A stretch of DNA of 64,000 bases from Protoeuglena noctilucae. Taxonomy: Eukaryota. The notes below the pieces were generated by a model. The model did not search any database, was not told the DNA's origin, and was given only the letters and a program-made list of their open reading frames with translations. How positions within the stretch are numbered: position 1 is the stretch's first letter; the number at the start of each line of letters is the position of its first letter. Positions 13,514 through 24,407 of the stretch are shown in pieces. The stretch is from contig OY253678.1 in the NCBI GenBank assembly GCA_958009085.1, positions 806,001-870,000 of the forward strand, given 5' to 3'. Made by a program: the position numbers and the translations under genes.

Positions 13514-14082
13514 AACAGCTGAACGACCCCGCATCCCACACCATACCGCACGACCCTGCGCTGCCCACCGCGATCAGCACCGCAGACCCCGCGACTCGTC
13601 GCATCGACCGGCAGACACTCCAGAGGCCCCCTGCGGGCGCCGGGTGGCTCCCGCTCCGCGCTGGCACAGCGTGCTTCGCCGGACAGCGTCACGTGACACG
13701 GGGTGAGGACGGCGGCCTTCCGTAGAAGCGCGCGGCGCGCGGCGGGGCCCGGAAAGGGAGGGGCGGACTCGGCGCCCGGGCCGGCGCTCTGACGCCGCGC
13801 CAAGCCCCGCGCGGTCGTGCGTGGGTCGGATTTACCGCGATGAGAGCACCGGGCGAGCCGATGTGCGCCAGGGACGCCCGGCCTGCGCCGCCGCGGGGCG
13901 CGGTCGAGTACTGTGCTCTCGGGGATTGCCGCGGCATGCGGGGTGCTGGGGGCCTGCAGCCTCGGCAACGCGCTCATGAGAGCTGAGAGAGGAGCGGAGA
14001 TCCTGCGGGGAGCCGCAAGCAATCTTCTATGCGACTGGAGCACAGTGACGGTTTCTCCGCTGGGATTCCCGCCAGCTCGGAC
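13514..14082 (+). repeat. 569-bp direct repeat, copy 1 (upstream of NYN-vWA-alpha-kinase gene A)
   Basis: Runs from aacagctgaacgacccc to gccagctcggac and appears identical to 19531-20099 (offset 6017). The ORF track gives identical translations over both copies. Confidence 0.95.
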
Positions 14083-14192
14083 AGCGGACGCCGCTGGCTT
14101 ACCTGCTCTGGCTTTGCTGGTTTAGAGGACGAGACGCTTTCCGCACCTCAATGTCTGCAGGCGACGCTCAGTGGCGAGCGGCACCAGGACTC

Positions 14193-17100
14193 ATGGCTCC
14201 CGGGCAGGTGGAGAGAGCGCCCTGGAGAGGCCGAGGCCGAGGCCGCGGCAGGGGGCGGAACGGCGGCCATGACATGCCGTTCCCGCCCTCTCCCGGGTCC
14301 CCGCCGCCGCCCCCGCCAGGGCCTCCGCCCCCGCCCCCGCCAAGTCGGCCCTTCATACGCGACAAGCAGAACTGGCCAGACAGGACGTTTGGCCCGGAGA
14401 AGATGGTGCTCTGGAAGTCGAACAACAACGAGCAGAAATGGCCGGCGCCGGAGGGCGCCCTGGCCGGCAACGTCACCATTTTTTGGGACATGGACAACGT
14501 GAGCTGGGCCGCGCACACATGGCATGGCATGGCATGCTTAGCCCAGCACCTGCATGGGGCCTCACCTTATCCTTGCTTGCCCTGCGCAGGTCCCGCTGTA
14601 CGCCCCCTACGACAGGAGCGGCCTCTTTCCACACGACCAGTTCGACGTGCTGCTTAGGGTGTTTGGCAAGGACCTGGGCCACAAGGTGCACATCCGGATG
14701 AACGTGGTGATTGCGGAGGACAAATTCAACTGGTACCCGGCAGACATCAGGAGGCGCATTAAGTCCGTGCACAGCCAGGTCACGTTTCAGTGTGTCGCGG
14801 GCCGCTTCAACGGCGGCAAGAGAGACAGTGAGAGCGAGCTTAGAGGCAGTGACGTCAGTGCGTGCTTCATGGGACTGTTCGTGGGCTCAAACCTGCAGCT
14901 CCGTCTGCGCGCAGTCTCGGACAACGTGATTAAGCCCCTCATCGCCGATGCTGTGCACAAAGGACACCGTGGGGACGCCATCGTTCTGATCAGCGGCGAC
15001 GGAGACTTCGTGCCAGAGGTCCGGGCGGCCAAGAACGCCGGTACGGGGATGGCCTTGCAGGGTTAGAGCAGGGTCGCGCAGATCCATGAGTGGTGTCACA
15101 GCGATGGCCTGACCCACCCCACCACCTTGGTTGCCATGCAGGGATCAACGTGTACCTGCTGACGCCGGAAGTCGTGTCCACCAGCACAGAGCTCTCCCAC
15201 CTCGCGCACTGGCAGCAGGTGCGCATGCATGCCCCACACGCCCACATCGCTGTGCCGTGCTGGCTGCCAGTTTGGCTTGTTGGCATACACCGCTTCACCC
15301 ACTGCACCAAGATCAGTCTTTGGTCGCATCGTGCCGCAGTACTTCAACCGCTTCATGGAGCTCCACCGGCTGGACTATTTTCCGCACCTGAAGCAGAAGT
15401 ACGACGCACTGAAGCAGCAGCCCAAGCCGCCGATGAGACCCAAGCCGGGCAAGATGACGCCCGAGCAGATCGAGCAAGCGAAGCCCATGGGGGAGATCCT
15501 CGAGAAGGGCGAACTGGAGGCGCACTTGAAGGAAGAACAGGAGCAGACGCAGGTGCGGATGGGCAGCTTGATCGGTGGCGGCACATCCCAGCACGGCGAC
15601 AGAGTGTGCTGACAACTGAAGCTCACTTATGCCCTAAATTGCATTGCCTGCAGCTCGACATCCTGATCATGATCGACGGAACCAACAGCATGCAGCCCTA
15701 CATCGACAGGTGGGGAGCGCGGCATCCGGTCTGTGTTCGGTGCACGTATTGCAGCCTAGCCTCGCTGGCCTCCTTGACGTCGATGGCCTTGAAACTGGCC
15801 TCGGACCCGCATTGATGTGCATTGGGTGTTGCAGAGCACCTGGTTGCATGGATGCCCGCAGCATCAAGGACGCTATCAGTTCCGAGCTCATCAAGGAGAT
15901 CCAGAGGAGGTACTCCAAGGCGGCTGGGAATGTGCGGTACGGTGTCCTGGTCTACCGCGACATCGTGCGCGGACCGGGGGATCCTCAGCAGTTCGAGCGC
16001 CTGGACTTCACGACAGACCCGGAAAAGGTCGTCGAGTTCCTGAGCAACGTCAAGGCCATGGGTGGCCGTGATTACACGGAGGACGTCACGGGCGCGATGC
16101 TGGAGGCCGTAAACATGGGATGGCAGCGCAAGAACAAGGTGGGCACAAGAGCAAGCACTGATGAGCGCGCGAGGCACGTGGAGCATTTGCTGGCATGGAT
16201 GAGCATCTGCAGGCGCGATCTGGTCTGCCCGGCCCCCACACTCTGGCAAGAGAGGGCGTCGGCATGCATGTGTGACCTTGCCCGGCTATGCGTGATGCAC
16301 TGGACGTGGTCGCCCCCACGCAGGCAATCTTCCACGTCCTGGACGCGCCTTCGCATGGCCAAGAAATGCATGACCTGGGGGAGCGGAACGATGACTACCT
16401 CCGCAGCCCGCCCGAGGGCCGCGACCGGCCGGAGGTGGAGGCGCGGAGGGCCATGCAGAAGCTGCACAGCCTGGGGTTGCAGCGGTACATGCTGTGCCAC
16501 CTGGAGAAGGGTCATTGTGCCAAGATGGCGGCCAAGTTCCAGGAGATCCTGCGCGAGGACGGCATCGACAAGACCGAAGAGGAGAGCAACTGGCTCGCAG
16601 AGACGGAGGTCAAATATGAAGGTCAGGCTGCCGGATGCGCATGGCCTGGTTGGCATGTGTGCTGCATGGCAGTTATAAGCGAAGTTGTTGTGGCACCTGC
16701 AGCTGGGGCGCCGTCCAAGCTGCGCCTGGCGGACCTGGTGGGCAAGCTCATCGGGGAGACCGTGGGCACCATCTCTGCGAGCTTGTCCCGGGCGTCCCTG
16801 GCGAGGAAGCTGCCGCACACGAGGGTGAGGGCCAAGGTCCACGAGCCCGATGTGGAGATGGCGCCGGTGGCGGAGGGCGAGGAGGGCGACGGCAGCACCA
16901 GCGACACCGCGTCAGTCGAGGAGGTCCAGAAGATGCTTGAGGAGTGGAGCCTGGAGGGCAAGACCGAGAAGGCATGGGAAGCCACGCTGGCCAAGTACAA
17001 GAAAGCGTTCAAAGTCATGAGGAAAAACCAAGCGGCAACGCAGGTCGAGATCACGATGCCTCCGGACTACCAGGGCGACCTGAAGAGGCTGCTTGAGGAC

Positions 17101-18312
17101 GTCGATGACCACTTCGTTGCCCACGGGACGAAGCCTACGGACCCCTACCGGAACTACCTCATCCGCCATGCTCCTCCGCCGGGCTTCGAGGGAACGCACA
17201 AGGTCGCCTTCCTGGCCCAGGAGCAGATCAAGAACAACAACCGCAGGGTCGAGCGCAAGGCAGCCGATGGCACAATGGTCGTCTACACCAACAGCGTGGA
17301 CTACCCCATCGTGGTCCTGAAGGAGTACAACGTGCGTGCTTTCACAGAGCTCAGCTGCGATGTTGTGTTTGGGCAGTTGGTGCCCAAACCTTGAGTGGCT
17401 TGATCTGTCATGGCATAACTGCATTACAATGTGCCTGCTCCCCACCTGCAGACTGCTGGCAAGGGTCAGAATACCGCTCAGAGATATAAAAAGGAGGTAC
17501 AAGCGAACGGGGTCGCCGCCTTGCTAGCCAGCCTCTTCAATGAGCGCGTCAAGGAGGTGGGAGGCGGACAGTGGGGCTGTCAGGCGTGTGCACTTGGCAC
17601 GGCATCGAGGCCCAGAGTGTGACACATGTTCTTTGTGGACCATCTGCAGGTTGAGAGCAAGCTGTCCGCCCCGCCCAAGACCCTGAGCTACCTGGAGACA
17701 TGCCTGGTTTCGTACCAAGGCATTCCGTCAGGGACGGTGTCTGGCACTGCCCAAAGGGAGCCATCGACCATGTTCAGATTGCAGGAGCCGCTCGTGATGG
17801 GCAACTTCGTCAAGTGGTCGTCCAATGCCGGTGAGGCCCTGGCGCAGTGCGTGCGCTGCATCAGCAGGGTGCAGTGATCTGAGGGGCACGCAAAGGTCTC
17901 GGGTCTAAGCGTGGTGCCTGTCACAGCTCAAGCGATCCTGGCCCTCTCCTGGTGTCTCACAGGGTACGTGAACATGGAGGTCTGGGACGAGGTCGCGCAC
18001 GCCTTCACGCACTGGACTTACCACGCCACGGAGGGCCGGCTGATGGTGGCGGACATCCAGGGCGTGCGCGTGGGCAAGACGGCCATCAAGCTGACGGACC
18101 CCCAGATCCACTGCGTGCACCCCACGCTGCTGACGGATGACGCGAGCAGCTTCGGGAGGGTGGGCATGCTCAGGTTCTTCCAGAGCCACCGGTGCGGGGA
18201 GACGTGCAAGGCGCTGGGACTCAATGACTCCCTGGACGAGCTGGACAAGCTGCGTGCGGAGCTCGGGTCGCTTGGAGAGGAGGCGGCCGTCATCGGGGAT
18301 GCCCAGGCTTGA
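14193..18312 (+). CDS. NYN (PIN-like/LabA-DUF88) ribonuclease + vWA + alpha-kinase (eEF2K/MHCK family) fusion protein, paralog A
   Basis: N-terminal [10 protein letters not shown] and poly-Pro. NYN motifs IFWDMDNV, KRDISD (across intron 14828-14914) and IVLISGDGDF. vWA motifs LDILIMIDGTNSM, YGVLVYRD, GGRDYTEDV and HVLDAPSHG. Alpha-kinase motifs VVLKEY, EPLVMGNFVKWSSNAGYV, AFTHWTY..TEGRLMVADIQGV, LTDPQIH and FFQSHRCGETC. The start codon is uncertain and may lie in the upstream repeat. Confidence 0.85.
17782..18115 (+). repeat. Near-identical tract shared with 23247-23580 (kinase core, including a whole intron)
   Basis: 334 bp with 3 mismatches seen (18018, 18069, 18072), all synonymous. Intron 17831-17962 is identical to 23296-23427. 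Confidence 0.9.
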
Positions 18313-19077
18313 GCCAGAGTGGCGAGGTAACACTTCGAGGGCCAGAGCGGCGTTTCCCTTGCAACGAGCGGTCAGCCCCCTTTTGGGTTTCTTGCACAGC
18401 TCGCAGCCTGGACCCTGATTAGCGAGCTGCACTTGAAAGGCACCCGGTTGTGACCGAGGGTGGACTGCCGCAGCAGAAAAGGGTGCCTGAGCTCTCAGGC
18501 CCCCCGTGAACCGGCCCTCAAAGAATTGGCTGATGATAACCTGGACCAGCGCGCGGTGGAACTCACCCAGATAAATCGGCAAGGCATTGACTGCATTGGA
18601 AGGTGTGCGCAAGCGATCGCAAGGGGTGCACCCTTGCCCACAGCAGCTCAGTATGGCTGCTTGAGACCACCCTGGCCCAGCTCGCAGTGTCAATGACCAT
18701 GAACGTGCCGTGGGTGTGATCAGCCGTCTGAGGTCTGACTGAGGCTGAGTCAGCCTGACGCTGCGAGAGCCTAGTTAAAAAGGCCGGCAATGTCGGCAGC
18801 TGTTGCATTGGACGACCACAGATTGACCCACACAGCGTCCGAGCTCATTTACCAACGCTTCACGAACGCAAGCGGTGAGTTTGCTGACCAGGGCTGCCTG
18901 CTCCGCAGTTGGGCCGGATGTGGTCGTCTCGGGGACCCAGAGACGCTGCGCCTGTGCACCCACGCGACGATACTTGCGATGTGGCGGCAGATGGGGGGGA
19001 AGGTTCATCAGATGGCCGTCGTGAGGGGCATCGCCCTGTGTGCTTCATGTTTGTGCTTCAACGCCCGCAGCGCCACG

Positions 19078-19254
19078 ATGCCGCCCAAGGGCTCATCGGG
19101 AGGGGGAGGCTACAAATGCGCAACCGATAACAAGTCCTTCGGCAGCTACCCCGCCGCCGTGCAGCATCAGCATGCCATGGGCCACGGGCCCATCCAAAAG
19201 GGCGGCGGCGGCGGCGGCGGCGGTGCTGGCGGGGGCGGGAAGGGCGGGAAATGA
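19078..19254 (+). CDS. 58-aa Gly/Lys-rich microprotein with one variant C2H2-like zinc finger
   Basis: [58 protein letters not shown], with spacing C-x2-D-x3-F-x5-A-x2-H-x5-H. Preceded by a GTGAGG...CGCAG intron-like segment (19021-19070). An upstream in-frame ATG at 18790 is possible. Confidence 0.6.
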   Translation: MPPKGSSGGGGYKCATDNKSFGSYPAAVQHQHAMGHGPIQKGGGGGGGGAGGGGKGGK

Positions 19255-19530
19255 GACTGCAACGAGGGCCCCCGACGCATTGCTGCGCGTCATGAGCTGC
19301 GCGTCGTCATGAGCTCGCTGTGCCATGCGGAGCTTGCATGCGACCCTTGCGCCCTGGCCTTGCCCACGCGCCGGCATGAATGACAGGCATTGCCGGGCTC
19401 GATCGTCAAAGCCGTGGTAGCAGCAGTTCTCGCAGGCAGCAGTGAACTTGTGCTCCGATAGAGCCTTGCTTGGGCAGCAATTGTGCTTCAAACAGTTCTT
19501 GCACGCGCACACCTGGCATCGGGACTCTTT

Positions 19531-20099
19531 AACAGCTGAACGACCCCGCATCCCACACCATACCGCACGACCCTGCGCTGCCCACCGCGATCAGCACCGC
19601 AGACCCCGCGACTCGTCGCATCGACCGGCAGACACTCCAGAGGCCCCCTGCGGGCGCCGGGTGGCTCCCGCTCCGCGCTGGCACAGCGTGCTTCGCCGGA
19701 CAGCGTCACGTGACACGGGGTGAGGACGGCGGCCTTCCGTAGAAGCGCGCGGCGCGCGGCGGGGCCCGGAAAGGGAGGGGCGGACTCGGCGCCCGGGCCG
19801 GCGCTCTGACGCCGCGCCAAGCCCCGCGCGGTCGTGCGTGGGTCGGATTTACCGCGATGAGAGCACCGGGCGAGCCGATGTGCGCCAGGGACGCCCGGCC
19901 TGCGCCGCCGCGGGGCGCGGTCGAGTACTGTGCTCTCGGGGATTGCCGCGGCATGCGGGGTGCTGGGGGCCTGCAGCCTCGGCAACGCGCTCATGAGAGC
20001 TGAGAGAGGAGCGGAGATCCTGCGGGGAGCCGCAAGCAATCTTCTATGCGACTGGAGCACAGTGACGGTTTCTCCGCTGGGATTCCCGCCAGCTCGGAC
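19531..20099 (+). repeat. 569-bp direct repeat, copy 2 (upstream / 5' end of paralog B)
   Basis: Identical to 13514-14082 by visual comparison. Confidence 0.95.
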
Positions 20100-23000
20100 C
20101 GCGATTCATCATGCAACGTTGGCCCCTGCAGCGACGCAGGAGAACGGACGACAGGGCGGACGTCCTCAGGGAAGGCCAGCGAACGTCATGCCCGGGAAGG
20201 TGCAACGTGACGACCAGATCTGGCTGAGCCCGACCTTCAGCGAGAGCCAGCTGGAGGAGTGGACGCGACGCTCGTCGCACTTGGTCCCCTGCCCCGAGGG
20301 GGCGCTTACGGGAACAAGTGTCAGCATTTTCTGGGACCTGGACTCTGTTCCCCTGTTCGCCCCATACGACCTCCCCAACCTGCGCCCCCACGACCAGTTC
20401 GACCTAATGCTGAAGGTCTTTGGTGTCGACACGGGCGCCCAGGACGTCAGCATGATGGCCGTGGTGTCGGAGAAGGCTTTCCTTTTGTACGACTCGGACA
20501 CCCAGGCGCGCCTCACCAGGAAGCACATCGAGGTGGAGCTGGTCAAGATGGCAGGGGGTGCCAACTATGAGAGTGAGTGCTGTGAAAGTTTACTGCAACT
20601 GCGAGAGCCCCTTGGAGCATGCGCATCATGGGCCCATCTCATCCCTGCCCCAGGCACGGAGAGCAAGCTCGGGGCGGAGATCAGCACGGCGGTGGCGCGA
20701 GGGAGGAAGGGCGACACGATCGTGCTCATCAGCGGCGACAACGAGCTGGAGCAGGAGGTGCGGCGGGCCAAGGTCCGTTCCATGAACGTGCTGCTCCTGG
20801 CACCTGGGAAGCGAGACATGAGCGGGGACGACCTGTACCTGCTCGCCCACTGGGCGGCGCGGTTCAAGGTGTTTGTGCAGCTGCACAAGGCCAAGCACGT
20901 GCCCAAGCCCGTCGTGGACAAACTCAAGAAAAAGAACAAGGCCATGAACAAGGGAAAGGAGAAGGTCGTGACGTTCAAGAGGCCGTCACCAAAGGACATC
21001 GAGCGCGCACAGGCGCTTGCTCACCAGAAGGACGAGCGGGAGCAGACGGAGGTGTGAGGGTGCACGTGACTGGGTGCCTGTCCCACCTGGGTGGACCTCA
21101 GCCTGCCGTGACGTGGCTACGTTGACCCCTACCGCAGTTGGACTTGCTTATCATCATCGACGGCACCGCGAGCATGCAGCGATACATCGACAAGTGAGTG
21201 GGTCGCTGTGTTGTGCCCTGCCTGCACCACCGGCCAAAGGGCTCCACTGCTCTCTGGCACTCTTGACCCGGAACCAGAAACAGCCTGACAGGCCAGCTAG
21301 GGTGTGAGTGAGTCCGTGAGCGTGCATCTTGTTCTCAGAGTCAAGGAGGCCATCGCCAACGAGGTGGTTACTGAAGTCGTTCGCCGCTACCCATCCGCCG
21401 CGGGCCGGGTCCGGTACGGTGTGCTGATCTACCGCGACTTTTGCGACAAGGACAGGCAGTTCGAGCGGCTGGACTTCACCACGGACGTCAGCCGGGTCGT
21501 CGCGTTCCTGGACACGGTCAAGGCGACCGGGGGCGGTGACCCGGCCGAGGACGTCGTGGGCGCCATGATGGAGGCCCTCCGCATGGATTGGAAGCAGCGC
21601 AACAAGGTAAGCGCCAATGTGGCTGCCGCAGGTATCTTCGTGACTACATGCCGCCAAGCCCCGTGGGCCACTCCCCTACATGTCTCGTACAGACTACGCT
21701 CCAGCCTAAAGCACCGTCCCTGATGGCGCGCAGGCCATCTTCCACATCCTGGACGCCCCTGCCCACGGGCAGTGCATGCACGACATGGGGATGAAGCACG
21801 ACGACTTCCACAGCAAGCCACCGCCCGGCCGTAAGGAGCCCGAGGAGGAGGCCAAGGAGGCTCTGCGCGCTCTCTACGACATTGGCGTGCACCGTTACGT
21901 CATGTGCCACCTGGACCTAAAGCACTGCACCAAGATGGCGCGCACGCTGCATGGGCTGCTCCGGCAGGAGGGCATCCGCGTCACGCAGCAGGGCTCCAAG
22001 TGGCTCGTGGAGCACGAGGTCACGAAGGACCCGACCGGTGAGTTCCATGGCGTGGCTACCGCATGACAGTCGAGGCTGCTAGCGTGGCTAGTACGAGCCA
22101 ACCCGTCGCCTGGCGCATGCGTCACCCACAGGCTCGGCCCATGCCGAGCCCTCCCAGCTTCGCCTGGCGGACCTGGTGGGCAAGCTGATTGGCGCGACCT
22201 TGAGCACGCTGTCGGCGGCGCTGTCGAGCATGACGCTCGCCCGGATGGTGGGGTCCATGCCGCCCCTGGAGCGAGACTACGAGCCCGACATCGAGATGCC
22301 CACGTGGGAGGAGGTGGATGAGGAGGAGGACGAGGCAGACGACCCCAAGGCGGGCCGAGAGGGCCTCGCACCCATCGGCCCCATCCCTCACGAGATTGAG
22401 ATCGAGCTGGAGGAGTGGGACATGTCGGCCAAGGCCAAGCAGCGGTGGTCGCACCGGCTGATGGCGTACAAAGACGTCTTCAAGCGCATGAGGAGGCAGC
22501 AGCCGGCGACGCGCGTCGAGGTGATCCTGCCCCCCGACTACGGCCGGGACCTGGAGAGCCTGCTGCGCGACGTCGACAGGGGGATCATCGCCGAGGGCAA
22601 GCTGCCGGACAAGCCCTACCGCGACTACCTCGTCCGCCCCAACCCGCCCCCCGGGTTCCGCGGCTCCAACAAGGTGGCCTTCCTGGCCCAGGAGCTGGCG
22701 AAGGGCGACCGCGTGGAGCACGTGGGTGCGGACGGGACCAAGACGCACTCGTACAAGGGAGATTACCCCATCGTGGTGCTCAAGGAGTACCTGGTGAGAT
22801 GCAGCATTCATGGACTCAGATCACACCTGTGCAGCTGGGGTATAATGTGACTGATGGATGATGCAGCTTCGTGGGGGAGCTGCAAGGGGCCTGACTGATG
22901 CTATCCATGCAGGCCATCGGGAGGGGGATGAACAGCGAGGAGCGCTACATGCGGGAGCTTCAGGCAGCCGGGGTGGCCATGACGCTGGCCAACATCTTCA

Positions 23001-23858
23001 ACGACCGCGTCGCACAGGTGAGCGCACAGCGCACGAGAGTGCGAGTACCCGGAATGGCGGCGGCTGGGGTAGGGTCGCAGCCAGCAACAGCTGTCTATGG
23101 TGCATGTGCAGGTCAAGGATAAGCTGAGCGCCGAACCCAAGCGGCTTTCGTACCTGCCCACGTGCCTGGTCAAGTACCAGAGCTTCGCTTCCGGCCACGT
23201 CAACGGCGTCAGCGTGGGGACCAAGCCCATCACCATCTTCCGCCTCCAGGAGCCGCTCGTGATGGGCAACTTCGTCAAGTGGTCGTCCAATGCCGGTGAG
23301 GCCCTGGCGCAGTGCGTGCGCTGCATCAGCAGGGTGCAGTGATCTGAGGGGCACGCAAAGGTCTCGGGTCTAAGCGTGGTGCCTGTCACAGCTCAAGCGA
23401 TCCTGGCCCTCTCCTGGTGTCTCACAGGGTACGTGAACATGGAGGTCTGGGACGAGGTCGCGCACGCCTTCACGCACTGGACCTACCACGCCACGGAGGG
23501 CCGGCTGATGGTGGCGGACATCCAGGGCGTGCGTGTCGGCAAGACGGCCATCAAGCTGACGGACCCCCAGATCCACTGCGCCGTGGACCCCACGCTTTTG
23601 ACGACGACCAAGGAGAGCAGCCTGGGCAGGGTGGGCATGCTGAAGTTCTTCCAGAGCCACCGGTGCGGGGAGACGTGCAAGGCGCTGGGGCTGAGCGGGG
23701 CCCTGGAGGAGCTGGATAAGCTGCACAGCGTCTGCATGGACATCTCGTCGGACATCAACAGCGTTGGTGATGACGCGGACGGTGCTGGCGACGACCGGGA
23801 CGGCACTGAGTCGCCGGGGGCATCTGAGGAGTCGAGCGAGGACAACGTGTTGGTGTAA
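19993..23858 (+). CDS. NYN-like (degenerate) + vWA + alpha-kinase fusion protein, paralog B
   Basis: NYN-like IFWDLDSV and IVLISGDNEL. vWA LDLLIIIDGTASM, YGVLIYRD, GGGDPAEDV and HILDAPAHG. Kinase IVVLKEY, AFTHWTYHATEGRLMVADIQGV, LTDPQIH and FFQSHRCGETC. Acidic tail, TAA at 23856-23858. Start is ATG 19993 or 20188 (uncertain). Confidence 0.85.
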
Positions 23859-24407
23859 ACCTGGCGCAGATGGCAGAGCTGGCACAGTTGAGCTGAGGAA
23901 ATGTGTCGGCATGGCTGGGCGTGGCTTGGCGAGACTCCTTTTAGCTTAGTGGTGGTCGTACGACGCGGTGTGTCGTGGCCTTTTGATTATGTGGCTCGTG
24001 CGCAGTCCGTGACGTTCAATCATTGCCGGCGCGTGGATGGATGGAAAAGGAAAGCGCGTGGTGGGAAAGAAAAGGACAACCAATGCGCGGCAGCGGCGAC
24101 AGGCGCGGAATCAAACGCAAACGAGCCAGGCGCGCTAACGGCACGCAGCCCTGATACGACGTGACAGCAGAATGCTGGCACCGGTGCTGCCTCAGTGTAC
24201 GCAGCGGACGCAGTGATGACCCGGGCACTCCTACAACCGACGTTGCAAGCCCCGGGCTCTCTGCTCATGCCCAAACCCCGATCCCCGACCTAACAGGGCG
24301 TTTCCGAGCAAACCCCGACCCTCCAATCCCACCCCAACTGGCAGGGCGCTTCAAGGCAAACCGCAACCCCAGAACCCCAACCCCACCCCAAGCTGACAGG
24401 CCGCCTC

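Noticed and set aside
13408..14043. Minus-strand ORF duplicated at 19488-20060 as a real gene
   Set aside because: The translation is low-complexity with no domain, and the identity simply reflects the DNA repeat.
13514..14082. 569-bp repeat as a transposon, MITE or LTR pair flanking 14083-19530
   Set aside because: No terminal inverted repeats, TG...CA ends, target-site duplications, or transposase/RT motifs are visible. Both copies sit at equivalent positions before paralogous genes. Not fully excluded without a genome-wide search.
18460..18696. Small ORF between paralog A and the zinc-finger gene
   Set aside because: No recognisable motif or supporting splice structure. Probably 3' UTR or intergenic sequence.
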